Assembly: GCA_039799905.1 (NCBI GenBank)
Contig: JBDLRP010000039.1
Span: forward strand, 139,749 to 203,748
Reading direction: 5' to 3'
DNA length: 64,000 nucleotides
From: Pseudomonadota bacterium
GTDB lineage: Bacteria; Bdellovibrionota_B; Oligoflexia; Silvanigrellales; Silvanigrellaceae
Part shown: positions 29,767 to 39,643 of the stretch, in pieces
Layout: every line of letters begins with the position of its first letter
Position numbering within the stretch: the stretch's first letter is position 1
The notes under the pieces: model-generated
Databases searched by the model: none
The model's input: only the letters and a program-made list of their open reading frames with translations
Told to the model about the DNA's origin: nothing
Translations under genes and position numbers: made by a program

Positions 29767-31289
29767 ACAGAAACATTTCAAAACTCTCATTATTGCTGCC
29801 GGTTGTCCCACATTGTCTGATGGTGACGTCAATTGCTTCAGCAGCGCCGCAGCGGAATCTGCTTGTTCGATCGGTCGGTGTTGAAAACGAGACACACATC
29901 AACGTCAGAGTTTCCGCTTTTGAATCGGACCAAAATGGCATTTTTCCGATTTCGACACTCGATAAAAATTCATTCCAGCTCAGCCTGAACGGACACCGGG
30001 TTCCGCCCGCGTCGCTGGGCCTTGTTACCTTCGATGCATCCCGCCGCAAAAACAACCGTGCGGTCGTCTGGGCATATGATGCGACAGGCGTGAAAACCAT
30101 GAAGGGACTCAACAAAGAATTGCGCGCTCTTTCGGCGCAGGAATTCGCCGGATTCACCCCCGACTTCCTGTCCATCCTCGGTGTTGCTTCCGATCGAACC
30201 ATCGAGCGCATCATTCTCGATCCGCAGCATCAGGACAACACACTCGCACTGCAGCGCCGTCTGCTTGGAGATCCTGTCGGACTGACATCTGCGTCGGTGT
30301 TCCGCGACTCTGCACTTTGCGTTGCTGCGGATAAATTTGAAAAATGGGCTTCCGCAGGACTCAAATCATCAGATCAAAAATCACTCATCTTGCTCGGCGG
30401 AGCGGCACCCGCGGCTGGCGAGCAGTTAATCCGCAACAACAGGTGCGCAGAGCGGCTGATGCAAATGCAGGTCATTGTGCATCAAATCATCTTCGCTCGA
30501 CCAGAAACCTTTGTGAGCCGACACTGGAGTCGCCAGTCCGAAATATTGGCACAAGGCGGCGTTTTTCGTGTTGTCGATCTTCAGGGAGCCTTCAGGGCAT
30601 TGCAGTCCATCCGCAACATCCTCGACAAAGAATACGCAATCTATGCACAGATTCCCGCAACACTTCTTGAAGAACAAGGCAATCCCGAACTGCACATCGC
30701 CGTTGCTGCCGATTATCACGGACAGCCATTCAACGCCGCACAACAACGATTGCAAATCCGTTCACCAAACAAACGAATCATCCCTGAACTGACCGCTCAC
30801 CCTGCAGAGAGGCCTTCTCAGCCTCCGCGTATGCATTTCATCGATCAACGCGCGAGTCTTGCAATCAACGCATGGATTGAGTGGCTTGCCACATCAGTGC
30901 TCATCGGCAGTATTGTGACCTTGCGGCACATGCGAAGAATGCGCACCGGTATCGACTCCCTCGAGGAAGAATCAGGCCGTCTGGACAGCTCACAGGGACC
31001 ATTGCTGATGATTCTCAATGGCAAGGACAAAGGCCGCGAATTCAGGATCCGACAAAACAAGGTCACACTTGGACGTGGATTCAACTGCGATATCCGCCTC
31101 AATGCCAGACATATCCGCAGAAGGCATGGCTGCATCAGTTTTCAGGGCGACAAGGCACTCATTGAAGATTTCTCCGACGGACAACTGCTGGTCAATGGTC
31201 GGCCGTTGCGCAACTTCCGCGTCATAGGGCACGGCTCTGTCCTTCAGTTGGGCGAACTCCAGTTATTATTCCGGTGTGGTGAAGTATGA
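29763..31289 (+). CDS. Membrane protein: signal peptide, vWA-like periplasmic domain, TM, C-terminal FHA
   Basis: Signal ending ASAA, PISTLDKNSFQLSLNG, AVVWAYDATG, KSLILLGG, one TM, LGRGFNCDIRL..H FHA. ATGA overlap. Confidence 0.7.
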   Translation: MNRNISKLSLLLPVVPHCLMVTSIASAAPQRNLLVRSVGVENETHINVRVSAFESDQNGIFPISTLDKNSFQLSLNGHRVPPASLGLVTFDASRRKNNRAVVWAYDATGVKTMKGLNKELRALSAQEFAGFTPDFLSILGVASDRTIERIILDPQHQDNTLALQRRLLGDPVGLTSASVFRDSALCVAADKFEKWASAGLKSSDQKSLILLGGAAPAAGEQLIRNNRCAERLMQMQVIVHQIIFARPETFVSRHWSRQSEILAQGGVFRVVDLQGAFRALQSIRNILDKEYAIYAQIPATLLEEQGNPELHIAVAADYHGQPFNAAQQRLQIRSPNKRIIPELTAHPAERPSQPPRMHFIDQRASLAINAWIEWLATSVLIGSIVTLRHMRRMRTGIDSLEEESGRLDSSQGPLLMILNGKDKGREFRIRQNKVTLGRGFNCDIRLNARHIRRRHGCISFQGDKALIEDFSDGQLLVNGRPLRNFRVIGHGSVLQLGELQLLFRCGEV

Positions 31290-32536
31290 AGAACGGTCAA
31301 CTCTTTTTATTGCGCTTTACAAGCGGGACGATGAAATCGCGACAATTTACCCTGCTGCCCGGCGAGAGCTACATAATTGGCTCGCAATCCGATTCGGACA
31401 TCAGGGTGGACGGCGATCCGACCGTGAGCCGCAGACACGCTTGTATCGCCGTGCATCCAGCCGGACGAATCACTTTCAACGACCTCAACAGCACCAACGG
31501 GTCTATGGTGAACGGCAAGGCCGTCTCACAGGACGGCCGCCTCAAGGCTGGCGATACACTTCGACTCGGCCTCAATACGTTGTGTCTCATCCAGCCATGG
31601 GAAGCTCTGGAATCCAGCCTTCCACCGGCCATGACCTCCGGATTTGAGTTGATTCCAAAAGATCTCCCGCAGCGGCAGAGCGCACTCAAAACAACGGCGC
31701 CGCTTTGGTTTACGGTCAGCGGGTTTTGTATCGGCGGGATCTGTTTCAGCCTCTGGCAGGCATACAACGCTCCAAACAATGTCTTTGCCCGAACCATTCC
31801 GGCGCTCATCCCAATCGAACAGACGTCAACGGTGCAAATCGAAAAGAACACGACCGAGGCTCAGACGAGCAATTTGCGCCTATCCGACAAAGACGTAGAT
31901 GTGCCGCTCGTCGCAAGCCACTACGTCTGGGATGAAATCGTCAACATCTCGCAACGCTTCGGTGAAATCCCGCCGTCGGCGATGGATCCGCAATTCCTCG
32001 CTCAGGTCGAACACTGGATCAACTTTTACACAAAAAACAATCGCCATTCCGAACTGCTCAAGCGCCGCGACGCAGTCTGGGAGAAAGTTCAAAACATTCT
32101 CCAGATACATGGTCTGCCCAGTGAGCTTGGCTACATTGCGTGGGTTGAATCGGCCTTTGACACGCAGGCTGTCAGCCATGCAGGTGCGGTGGGAATGTGG
32201 CAGTTTATCGATAGTACGGGTCAGGAATATGGTCTCATCAACGCAAATGCTCAACCACGCGACTCGCGCCGTCAGGTAGAAGCCAGCACCCATGCCGCGG
32301 CCCGTTACCTTAATTCGCTGCTCGGTATGTTTGGCAACCGTCGTTACCTTCTAGCATTGGCTGCATACAACGCAGGACAAAACAGAATCAAACGGCAGGA
32401 AATTGCACAAAGCATCAAGACGTCCAAAAAAGTCGATTTTTGGCACCTAAAAGAAACGCTGCCCAAAGAAACCTTGGATTACGTCCCCAAGGTCCTGGCA
32501 GCGATTATCATCGGAAGAAATCCCGAAAACTGGTGA
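31286..32536 (+). CDS. FHA-TM-lytic transglycosylase (SLT/MltD-like) fusion
   Basis: FHA VSRRH/DLNSTNG; TM; WVESAF catalytic Glu, AVGMWQF, AAYNAG, LPKETLDYVPK. Confidence 0.88.
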   Translation: MKNGQLFLLRFTSGTMKSRQFTLLPGESYIIGSQSDSDIRVDGDPTVSRRHACIAVHPAGRITFNDLNSTNGSMVNGKAVSQDGRLKAGDTLRLGLNTLCLIQPWEALESSLPPAMTSGFELIPKDLPQRQSALKTTAPLWFTVSGFCIGGICFSLWQAYNAPNNVFARTIPALIPIEQTSTVQIEKNTTEAQTSNLRLSDKDVDVPLVASHYVWDEIVNISQRFGEIPPSAMDPQFLAQVEHWINFYTKNNRHSELLKRRDAVWEKVQNILQIHGLPSELGYIAWVESAFDTQAVSHAGAVGMWQFIDSTGQEYGLINANAQPRDSRRQVEASTHAAARYLNSLLGMFGNRRYLLALAAYNAGQNRIKRQEIAQSIKTSKKVDFWHLKETLPKETLDYVPKVLAAIIIGRNPENW

Positions 32537-32567
32537 GCCCGCGCGCAGTCCGCGGCGGAGCTCACCA
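32531..32567. terminator. GC-rich hairpin between convergent genes
   Basis: TGGTGAGC...GCTCACCA inverted repeat. Confidence 0.5.
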
Positions 32568-32579
32568 TTCTATGATTTA

Positions 32580-34781
32580 TCAGTCTGCTGGAAACAGCAT
32601 GTCCTGATACGACGGGAACGGCCATTTTGAGGCCGGCACAATTGCTTCAATCTGGTCGGCAGTTGTGCGCAACTCTTCCAGCTTCGGCAACAGCTGCTCT
32701 GCAATCGCCTTCGCAGTTTTAGGAAGATGGTGGTGATCAAGCGCATCACCTGCAGTCACGCGCTCATAACCTGTGCGCAAAGCCGAGAGCGATGTCTCAA
32801 AACGCACAGCGAGCTGTCCCAGTTCGCCGGCCAATTTTTGCGCGGGTGTGGAGATGTGCATACGGGCAGAAGCCTCGCCCAGCGAAATAAGTTCACCGAG
32901 GTACCCGAGTGTTGCAGGAAGAATTCCGGTCTGTGCCATTTCGATACCGACGTTGATCTCGATGAGACGTTGCTTGATGTAACGCTCCCATTGGATGGCC
33001 GCGCGACTTTCGAGGTCAGTGCCGGTCAGAACGCCAGTTTCGACGAGGAATGCCGTCTTCTGAGCGTCGGTCCAGACATCCAGCGCAGTCGGAGTGTCGG
33101 GCAGATTGCCAAGGCCGCGACGTGCTGCCTCATCGCACCATTCTTGTGAATATCCGTTGCCTTCAAATCGAATTTTACGTGTGTCGCGGATCACTTCACG
33201 AAGAACTTCAAAAACCGCTTCCGGAGAAACGCTTCCGCCCTTCGCACGCGCTGCCAACTTCGCGTTTACTTTGACCAGACCGGACGTGACCGCGGCATTA
33301 AGAATTGCCGTCGGGAAGCTGATGGATGCGCTCGATCCGACTGCGCGGAACTCAAACTTGTTGCCGGTGAAAGCAAAAGGAGAAGTACGGTTGCGGTCGG
33401 TGTTGTCGGGTGCAACATGCTGAAGGTGGTTGACACCCAAGTCGAGCAGCGCCTTCTCAGCCGAAACGTTTTCACCCTTGCCGGCTTCAATCGAATTAAG
33501 GATCTTGTCGAGTGTGTCTCCAAGGAAACAGCTGATGATTGCCGGCGGTGCTTCGTTCGCACCAAGACGGTGATCGTTTCCTGTGGAGGCAACTGATGCG
33601 CGCAAAACGTCTGCGTGATCGTAGATTCCCTGCATGACACCGCAGAGGAAGGTCAAAAAGACAAGATTCTGGTGTGGGGAGGTGCCGGGTTCCAACAGAT
33701 TGCGGCCGGTGGAGTCGGACATCGACCAGTTGACGTGCTTGCCGCTGCCGTTCACGCCGGCAAAGGGCTTCTCGTGCAACAATACCGAAAAATTGTGACG
33801 AGCGCCGACGGTGCGCAGAACCTTCATCAGCAGCTGGTTGTGGTCGGCGGCGATATTGGAACCCTCAAAAATCGGCGCGACTTCGAACTGTCCGGGCGCA
33901 ACTTCGTTATGGCGAGTCTTGATTGGAACGCCGACTTTATAGAGTTCGACTTCCAACTCATTGATGAACGCATGAACACGAGTCGGAATGTGACCGAAGT
34001 AATGATCTTCGAGTTCCTGACCTTTGGCGGGACGCTTTCCGAAAACGGTGCGGCCCGAAAGACGCAGGTCTGGACGCGCCATCGCCTGCTCGCGTGCAAC
34101 AAGGAAAAACTCCTGCTCAGCACCAACAGTTGTAATGACGTTGGTAACGTTCTTTTCACCCAGCAGGTGAAGCGTCTTGACTGCCTCTTTGTTGAGAGTG
34201 TCGTTGGAGCGCAGCAGCGGAGTTTTAAAGTCGAGAGCATCGCCGTGATAACTGATGAAAACCGAAGGAATGTAAAGCGTGCGCCCGTTCTCAGTTTCCA
34301 TCATGAACATCGGGCTGCTTGGGTCCCAGCTGGTGTAACCGCGCGCCTCAAAGGTTGAACGCATGCCGCCCGAGGGAAAGCTCGATGCATCGGGTTCACT
34401 CTGCAACAATTCCTTGCCTGTGAAACGCTCAATGGGGTGACCGTTTTTATCGAGCCAAAGGAACGCGTCATGTTTCTCGGCTGTTGTGCCAGTCTGCGGT
34501 TGGAACCAGTGACAATAGTGTGTGGCTCCTTTTTCGATTGCCCACTCACGCGCGGCGGATGCGATTCGCTCTGCAAGCGTTGCATCAATCTTGCCGCCCA
34601 GCTTCATCACCTTGCTGATCGTATCGAGGTCGTGCGAGCTCAGCTTCTTTGCCATCGCACGGAGGTCAAAAACGTTAGAGCCGTAGAAATCTGCAACGCG
34701 GGCCAATGTTCCGTCAACATTGCGCGGACGTTCAATTGTACGCACACCGGAAACGTGAGCAGTCGTCTTACCAGTCGCCAT
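32580..34781 (-). CDS. Glutamine synthetase type III
   Basis: HWFQP, AEKHD, EPDASSFPSGG, HNEVAPGQFE, NGSGKHVNWS, RLGANEAPP, DRNRTSPFAFTGNKFEFRAVG. Confidence 0.96.
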   Translation of the reverse strand: MATGKTTAHVSGVRTIERPRNVDGTLARVADFYGSNVFDLRAMAKKLSSHDLDTISKVMKLGGKIDATLAERIASAAREWAIEKGATHYCHWFQPQTGTTAEKHDAFLWLDKNGHPIERFTGKELLQSEPDASSFPSGGMRSTFEARGYTSWDPSSPMFMMETENGRTLYIPSVFISYHGDALDFKTPLLRSNDTLNKEAVKTLHLLGEKNVTNVITTVGAEQEFFLVAREQAMARPDLRLSGRTVFGKRPAKGQELEDHYFGHIPTRVHAFINELEVELYKVGVPIKTRHNEVAPGQFEVAPIFEGSNIAADHNQLLMKVLRTVGARHNFSVLLHEKPFAGVNGSGKHVNWSMSDSTGRNLLEPGTSPHQNLVFLTFLCGVMQGIYDHADVLRASVASTGNDHRLGANEAPPAIISCFLGDTLDKILNSIEAGKGENVSAEKALLDLGVNHLQHVAPDNTDRNRTSPFAFTGNKFEFRAVGSSASISFPTAILNAAVTSGLVKVNAKLAARAKGGSVSPEAVFEVLREVIRDTRKIRFEGNGYSQEWCDEAARRGLGNLPDTPTALDVWTDAQKTAFLVETGVLTGTDLESRAAIQWERYIKQRLIEINVGIEMAQTGILPATLGYLGELISLGEASARMHISTPAQKLAGELGQLAVRFETSLSALRTGYERVTAGDALDHHHLPKTAKAIAEQLLPKLEELRTTADQIEAIVPASKWPFPSYQDMLFPAD

Positions 34782-34930
34782 AACACACCCTCATAGTGAA
34801 AAATCACGTGAAAGACACAACGCATATTTGCAATAGAACTCTCTGCGCCTGCATACCATAGCGGATGGGGCTGACAAGCAATGTTCAAATATGAAACCGG
34901 AAATGATTGAACTTTTCGCTCAAAGGCGGG

Positions 34931-35875
34931 TTAATCCTGAGAACCGCCACGCGCCCAGCGTACAGAACGGAAGAAAAAATTATGTTCGGGCGACACAATC
35001 GCATTCAAAAGACCAAAAGCGAGCGGCCATTGCAGGAGCTCGCCGAGGGCGATTTTGAAGCCCCGTCCGAGCGCAGATCGCGATGATGCAATCTGCACAT
35101 TCGCAATGGCGCGACCAATTGACGCCGAAAAAAATACGCCGGCCAGTGCCTGAATAAAGAAGAACAGCAGCGAGGCCACGGCCAGTGTCTGCATCATCAA
35201 GACAATCCAGCCGAATGAACCGACATGCACAGCCTGATTGGCAGAATACTTGATAAGCGTGGGAAACTTGTGCGCGAGCAAACTCATGAACGGAACACTG
35301 GCAGAGATGGTGAAGCCGACAACAAGACACGCAAGCACGAGCAGCGTATCAAAAAACCACGCAAGCAAGCTCTGCATCACGCTCGGCGGACGCAATTTGC
35401 GCGGCGATGTGAGGAAAGATTTGATGGATGGAACACCTGCTGTCTGCACCATCGCCTGCTGGGCAATCATTCGGCCCGACTGGTCGGGCTGAGTCGCAGC
35501 CGTGCGACGGACCTGCTCATTCATCGCCTGCCATTTGCCTGCGAATTTCTCTGGAACATCTTGTTCCTGAACAAACGGAATCGATTCAACCTCACGTACG
35601 ACTGTCTTTTCTTCGGTAAACTGGAGCCCTGCGCCGCTCGATCCCAAAGCAGGGCGGTTTTGCAAACCTGCTGCTCCGGAGTTGGGTGAAGCCCGCCGCT
35701 GGCTTGCCTGACGGGCTACAACCAGCGCTCGCTCGCGGATGGCGCCGGCACCAAAGCCAAGCCCGCCATGCAGCGGTTGCAGACGCGACGTCAGTCGTCT
35801 GCGCAAAGGCGACGACTTAGGTAACGAAGTTCTGACCTTTTCAGAGGTGAAGTCTGACTCGATTGGATATTTCAC
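34931..35875 (-). CDS. Membrane protein with RDD-like C-terminal domain
   Basis: Disordered N-half, then LLAWFFDTLL and SIGRAIANVQI with several TMs. GTGA overlap with the DHH gene. Confidence 0.6.
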   Translation of the reverse strand: MKYPIESDFTSEKVRTSLPKSSPLRRRLTSRLQPLHGGLGFGAGAIRERALVVARQASQRRASPNSGAAGLQNRPALGSSGAGLQFTEEKTVVREVESIPFVQEQDVPEKFAGKWQAMNEQVRRTAATQPDQSGRMIAQQAMVQTAGVPSIKSFLTSPRKLRPPSVMQSLLAWFFDTLLVLACLVVGFTISASVPFMSLLAHKFPTLIKYSANQAVHVGSFGWIVLMMQTLAVASLLFFFIQALAGVFFSASIGRAIANVQIASSRSALGRGFKIALGELLQWPLAFGLLNAIVSPEHNFFFRSVRWARGGSQD

Positions 35876-37308
35876 ACCGCCTCCTGAAGGAACATACTAA
35901 GAACCACGTCACGGATGGCTTGAGAAGAAAGACTCCCGTAACGATTTTTCCATTCGGCCTGAGGAAAAATTGCCTTCGCCATCGTGCGATGACCACCGCC
36001 CAATCCCCATCCGTTGATCACACGTTTGACGACGTCACCGGCGTTTTTCACGTATCCGACGTTACGGACACTCATCACCACGTTTCCGTCAAACAAACCG
36101 GCGCAAACAACCCACTCCACATCTTCGAACTGGAGCAGAAAATCGGCCACCTGAGGAATCAAATCCTCGCGCTCCACCTGCCCCAGGCAGCTGACCACCA
36201 CACCCGATTCACAGACCATCTGCCGCAGAGCGTCGGCCAGCACGGGTGCAAACTTCATCGGCAGCTCCGGCTTTTCGATGCGCCGGAGTAGGTTGTAGTT
36301 GATGCTTGGGTACAACGACACAAACGCATCGAGGTCGGCATCAATCACTTCACGGTTCAAGAGGAGCGTATCCGCCTTTATGCCATATAACAATGCAGTT
36401 GCAAGCCTCTGCCCAATCGAACAAGCCGCTGCCCGCAAATATTCCGTTAAAATCGTAGAGGTTGCGCCGTATTGATGGCGGATATCGACGAAGGGGATAT
36501 TTGGATAAGGGTTAGCAGTTGAGGTCGGATGATGGTCGATGACCGCATCGACACGCTCGAGCGCAAAGCCGAAATGGGAGGGCTGGGTGTCGAGCATTGC
36601 CACCCGATCAAATTCGCCGAGTTCTTTCGGTGTGATGCTTATAACTTCAATATCGAGCAAACGCATCATGGCAAGATTTTCAGGGCGCGTGACCTTGCCG
36701 AAACTGACAATCGGGGTGGAAACCTTGTTACGCCCGAGAATGGTCCGCAGTGCCAGTGCGGATGCAAGACCGTCCGGGTCGGGATCGGGCTGGACAAGTA
36801 GCGCGATTCTGTCGCCCTCGCCCAACACATGGCGGACTTCCTTCACGAGATGTGTCGTCTGGATATGCCGCAACTCAGCGCCCACCGGCCTGCTCAACAG
36901 CTCTGCCCACGTCAGAATCAGTTCACGTCCACCAGCCAATTGGCGCGGACTTTCCTCAGGATGGCCATGCTTGAGCGAAAGGATAATCGCCTCGGGCAGG
37001 TCATCGAGAATGTGGCGGCGGGCCATTCGATGCTCATCGGCATCACGAAAGGCAATCACAACGCAAATGGGGTCATAAGTCGACCACTGTTTGTAGAAGT
37101 TAGTCTTACTGAGCTCGCCCTTTGCAATTAAGTCTTCACCACCGATTGCTTCACAGGCTTCAATCAACTCGTCCTGCAATGTTGATGCTTTGGACGGACA
37201 CCACACGCGTACGTGCATGCCGCGAGGCTGCAGGTGGACCAAGGTCGACACCAATTCGGAGTCATCGGTCAGCACGAGAAAAAGACCAGACTTTGCGTCC
37301 ATGTTCAT
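35872..37308 (-). CDS. DHH/DHHA1 phosphoesterase with extra N-terminal domain
   Basis: PDPDG, MLDTQ, IDHH, GATSTI, GIKADT, GGGH. Start uncertain (37308 vs 37416). Confidence 0.88.
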   Translation of the reverse strand: MNMDAKSGLFLVLTDDSELVSTLVHLQPRGMHVRVWCPSKASTLQDELIEACEAIGGEDLIAKGELSKTNFYKQWSTYDPICVVIAFRDADEHRMARRHILDDLPEAIILSLKHGHPEESPRQLAGGRELILTWAELLSRPVGAELRHIQTTHLVKEVRHVLGEGDRIALLVQPDPDPDGLASALALRTILGRNKVSTPIVSFGKVTRPENLAMMRLLDIEVISITPKELGEFDRVAMLDTQPSHFGFALERVDAVIDHHPTSTANPYPNIPFVDIRHQYGATSTILTEYLRAAACSIGQRLATALLYGIKADTLLLNREVIDADLDAFVSLYPSINYNLLRRIEKPELPMKFAPVLADALRQMVCESGVVVSCLGQVEREDLIPQVADFLLQFEDVEWVVCAGLFDGNVVMSVRNVGYVKNAGDVVKRVINGWGLGGGHRTMAKAIFPQAEWKNRYGSLSSQAIRDVVLSMFLQEAV

Positions 37309-37454
37309 TTCGCCCTTTGTTAACAATAAGCGGAGCATCTCAAAGATTATCACAAACCTGTTGAACCCGACAGTCTCCTGAGGTAGCACACGGCCTTCGG
37401 GCGGCTGCCGCGACAACCCGCGGCATTAACAATTTATTCTGTGGAATCAAAGAG

Positions 37455-38207
37455 ATGTCACAAATCCTCGGTTTCAACAACCTGACAAAAGCGCTGAGCT
37501 TCAACCTGTACGATTTTGCAGTGGCGACCAACGAGGAAGAAAGAGCCTCGTATATCCGGTACATTGATGAACGCTACAGCGCAAAACAAATCGAGGCGAT
37601 GCTTATTCGGATTGCAGAAATCATGGATGCCACCGTGCTGAATGTTTCCAGCAAGGATTTTGACCCATGGGGAGCCAGCGTCGTACTTCTGATGAGCGAT
37701 GCGAAAGCTGGCGAGCACGCAAACCTGATGGCGCAAAGCACGGTCAATATCCATCTGGATAAGAGCCACATTTGCGCACACACCTACCCCGACAGTCTCG
37801 ACCCCAACGGAATCTGTTCATTCCGCGTTGATATCGATATCGCCACCTGCGGAAGCATCAGTCCGTTGTATGCTCTCGATTTCATGTTCAAGGCGTTCGA
37901 GAGTGACGTTGTTGTCTGCGATTACGTCGTGCGCGGATTCACTCGTGCAAAGGACGGCGGCAAGCTCTACATGGATCACGACATCAGCTCTATCCGTGAT
38001 TTCATCTCACCCAATATTCTGAAGCAGTACTCGACAGCGGATGACAACAACCCCGCAAACGTCACATACCAGACGAAATTTGTTCGCAGCGAGCTCGACG
38101 AGACCAGCTATTTCCGCAATCCTTTTCAGGTTCCTGCGGAGATCCGCGCACAAAAAATGGCGCTCATCCGCAAAGAAATGGAAGCCATTTTCTCTTCGAA
38201 ACAATGA
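37455..38207 (+). CDS. speD: S-adenosylmethionine decarboxylase proenzyme (E. coli type)
   Basis: GFNNLTKALSFNLYD, HLDKSHICAHTYP, DIATCG. Confidence 0.93.
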   Translation: MSQILGFNNLTKALSFNLYDFAVATNEEERASYIRYIDERYSAKQIEAMLIRIAEIMDATVLNVSSKDFDPWGASVVLLMSDAKAGEHANLMAQSTVNIHLDKSHICAHTYPDSLDPNGICSFRVDIDIATCGSISPLYALDFMFKAFESDVVVCDYVVRGFTRAKDGGKLYMDHDISSIRDFISPNILKQYSTADDNNPANVTYQTKFVRSELDETSYFRNPFQVPAEIRAQKMALIRKEMEAIFSSKQ

Positions 38208-38213
38208 AGAAAT

Positions 38214-38284
38214 CCGCGGTGTGGAGCGCACACCGCGGAGTCTTTTTACGTTCTCTGCTGCGGTGCTTTTGCACCGCTTTTTTT
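38214..38284. terminator. Two tandem hairpins between convergent genes
   Basis: CCGCGGTGTG/CACACCGCGG plus T-run; GCGGTGC-tttt-GCACCGC plus T-run. Confidence 0.7.
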
Positions 38285-39377
38285 ATATTTCAGCACATTT
38301 GCCGATGAATTTCTTACTAATGTAACCGCGTCCTGTTCGATAAAATTCGGTGCGCGGAATGAGCCCCATGACACGCACCGGATCATTTAACCGATAGTAT
38401 GCGGAAATATTTTCACCGGTTGCCGGAAGTGTTCTATGCACCGGAGCGACACCGCTCGACGGCTCAACCGCGACAGCCTTGCATATCAAAGCCGGCCCGA
38501 CAGGCTCCGGAATCGGCGTCGGGGTGGGAAGCGGTGCTACTGTAGGTGCCGGACTCGGCACGGGCGTCACGCCGGGCGGCAACGGTTGTCCGCCCGCATT
38601 TCCGAGCTGCGGATCCGTCCGCCATTCGCCAACCACAACCCGCATGTCCAGTTCGCGGACTCCCTGACCAACGGTCTGTTTGCTTGGATTGGACTCCATG
38701 GCGCGCACGCGTCTTTTGAAATCGGAGAGCTGTGGAAAGGTCTCCAACGTCATGTCGAAAATTTCTTTGATTTTTGCGTTCGGGTTTCTCAGGCATCCAC
38801 CAGAAACACGTCTGTCATCCGGATTGGGCAGGCGGAGAATATCCCCGGCAGAGTTTCCGTGAAGTCCATAGGGGCCTTGAAACCAAAACACATAACGACC
38901 CAATGGATTTCGTGCTCCGCAAGGACCGTAAACATCAGGATTGTTGTTGAATATCTTCCAGCGTTCGTCTTCCGTCTGCGCAACACGTCCGGTTGCAGGG
39001 TTGACGGGGTCGCGCGGGCGCCAGACCGGACAATGTTCAAAATCCTCGACTCCGAAAATTCCATGCGGAGTGTATTTGCGCTCACCTCCATGGTAGGCGC
39101 CGGTGACGTCGGCAGATGCAATGTTCCATTGCTGCAGTGCAAATCCGCCTTTGTAGAGCGTCGCCCGATTCGTCTTCAGGTTAACGCGAATGGCCAGAGT
39201 CGACTTGAGGGCTTTGTCAATTTCGGCGTCCGACATGCCGCTTGAGGCCAACCACAGCGGGGTTGAATCAGTTTCCTCGGTCGCACGCCCACATGCAACA
39301 ACGGCCGCAGCCGTCACCAGTGCGGACGACACCAGCAGTTTCAAACGTCGTGGAAGCAATTGGAGTTCAGACGTCAT
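38283..39377 (-). CDS. L,D-transpeptidase (YkuD) lipoprotein with Pro/Thr linker and C-terminal domain
   Basis: Lipobox VVAC, NPLGRY, YGLHG...VSGGCLR. Confidence 0.85.
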   Translation of the reverse strand: MTSELQLLPRRLKLLVSSALVTAAAVVACGRATEETDSTPLWLASSGMSDAEIDKALKSTLAIRVNLKTNRATLYKGGFALQQWNIASADVTGAYHGGERKYTPHGIFGVEDFEHCPVWRPRDPVNPATGRVAQTEDERWKIFNNNPDVYGPCGARNPLGRYVFWFQGPYGLHGNSAGDILRLPNPDDRRVSGGCLRNPNAKIKEIFDMTLETFPQLSDFKRRVRAMESNPSKQTVGQGVRELDMRVVVGEWRTDPQLGNAGGQPLPPGVTPVPSPAPTVAPLPTPTPIPEPVGPALICKAVAVEPSSGVAPVHRTLPATGENISAYYRLNDPVRVMGLIPRTEFYRTGRGYISKKFIGKCAEI

Positions 39378-39643
39378 ATTGAAAACCTCCGGAATGAGAA
39401 TCCGCAGACAGATTCACCGCCACCTCCAAGCAATCGCCGTACCACAAAAAGAGCTGATTTTTCATTTACTTAAACATATTTAAATTGTCCACCAACTTGA
39501 CACGTCTGCCAAATCATTCATCAATCGCCAACAAAATGATCAGTTGACCATAGCGGCTCTTTGGTTTTTTCTGGACGCCGAGATGTGCGTTTGGTTGTTA
39601 TGATTGCCAATGATTTTTCTCCCTCACCAAGTCGGGTGTACTG

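Noticed and set aside
28969..32536. Type VI or type III secretion locus
   Set aside because: FHA domains only; no tss/vgrG/hcp or sct core genes are in the window.
34782..34930. Sigma-54 promoter upstream of glutamine synthetase
   Set aside because: I found no convincing GG-N10-GC element on the coding strand.
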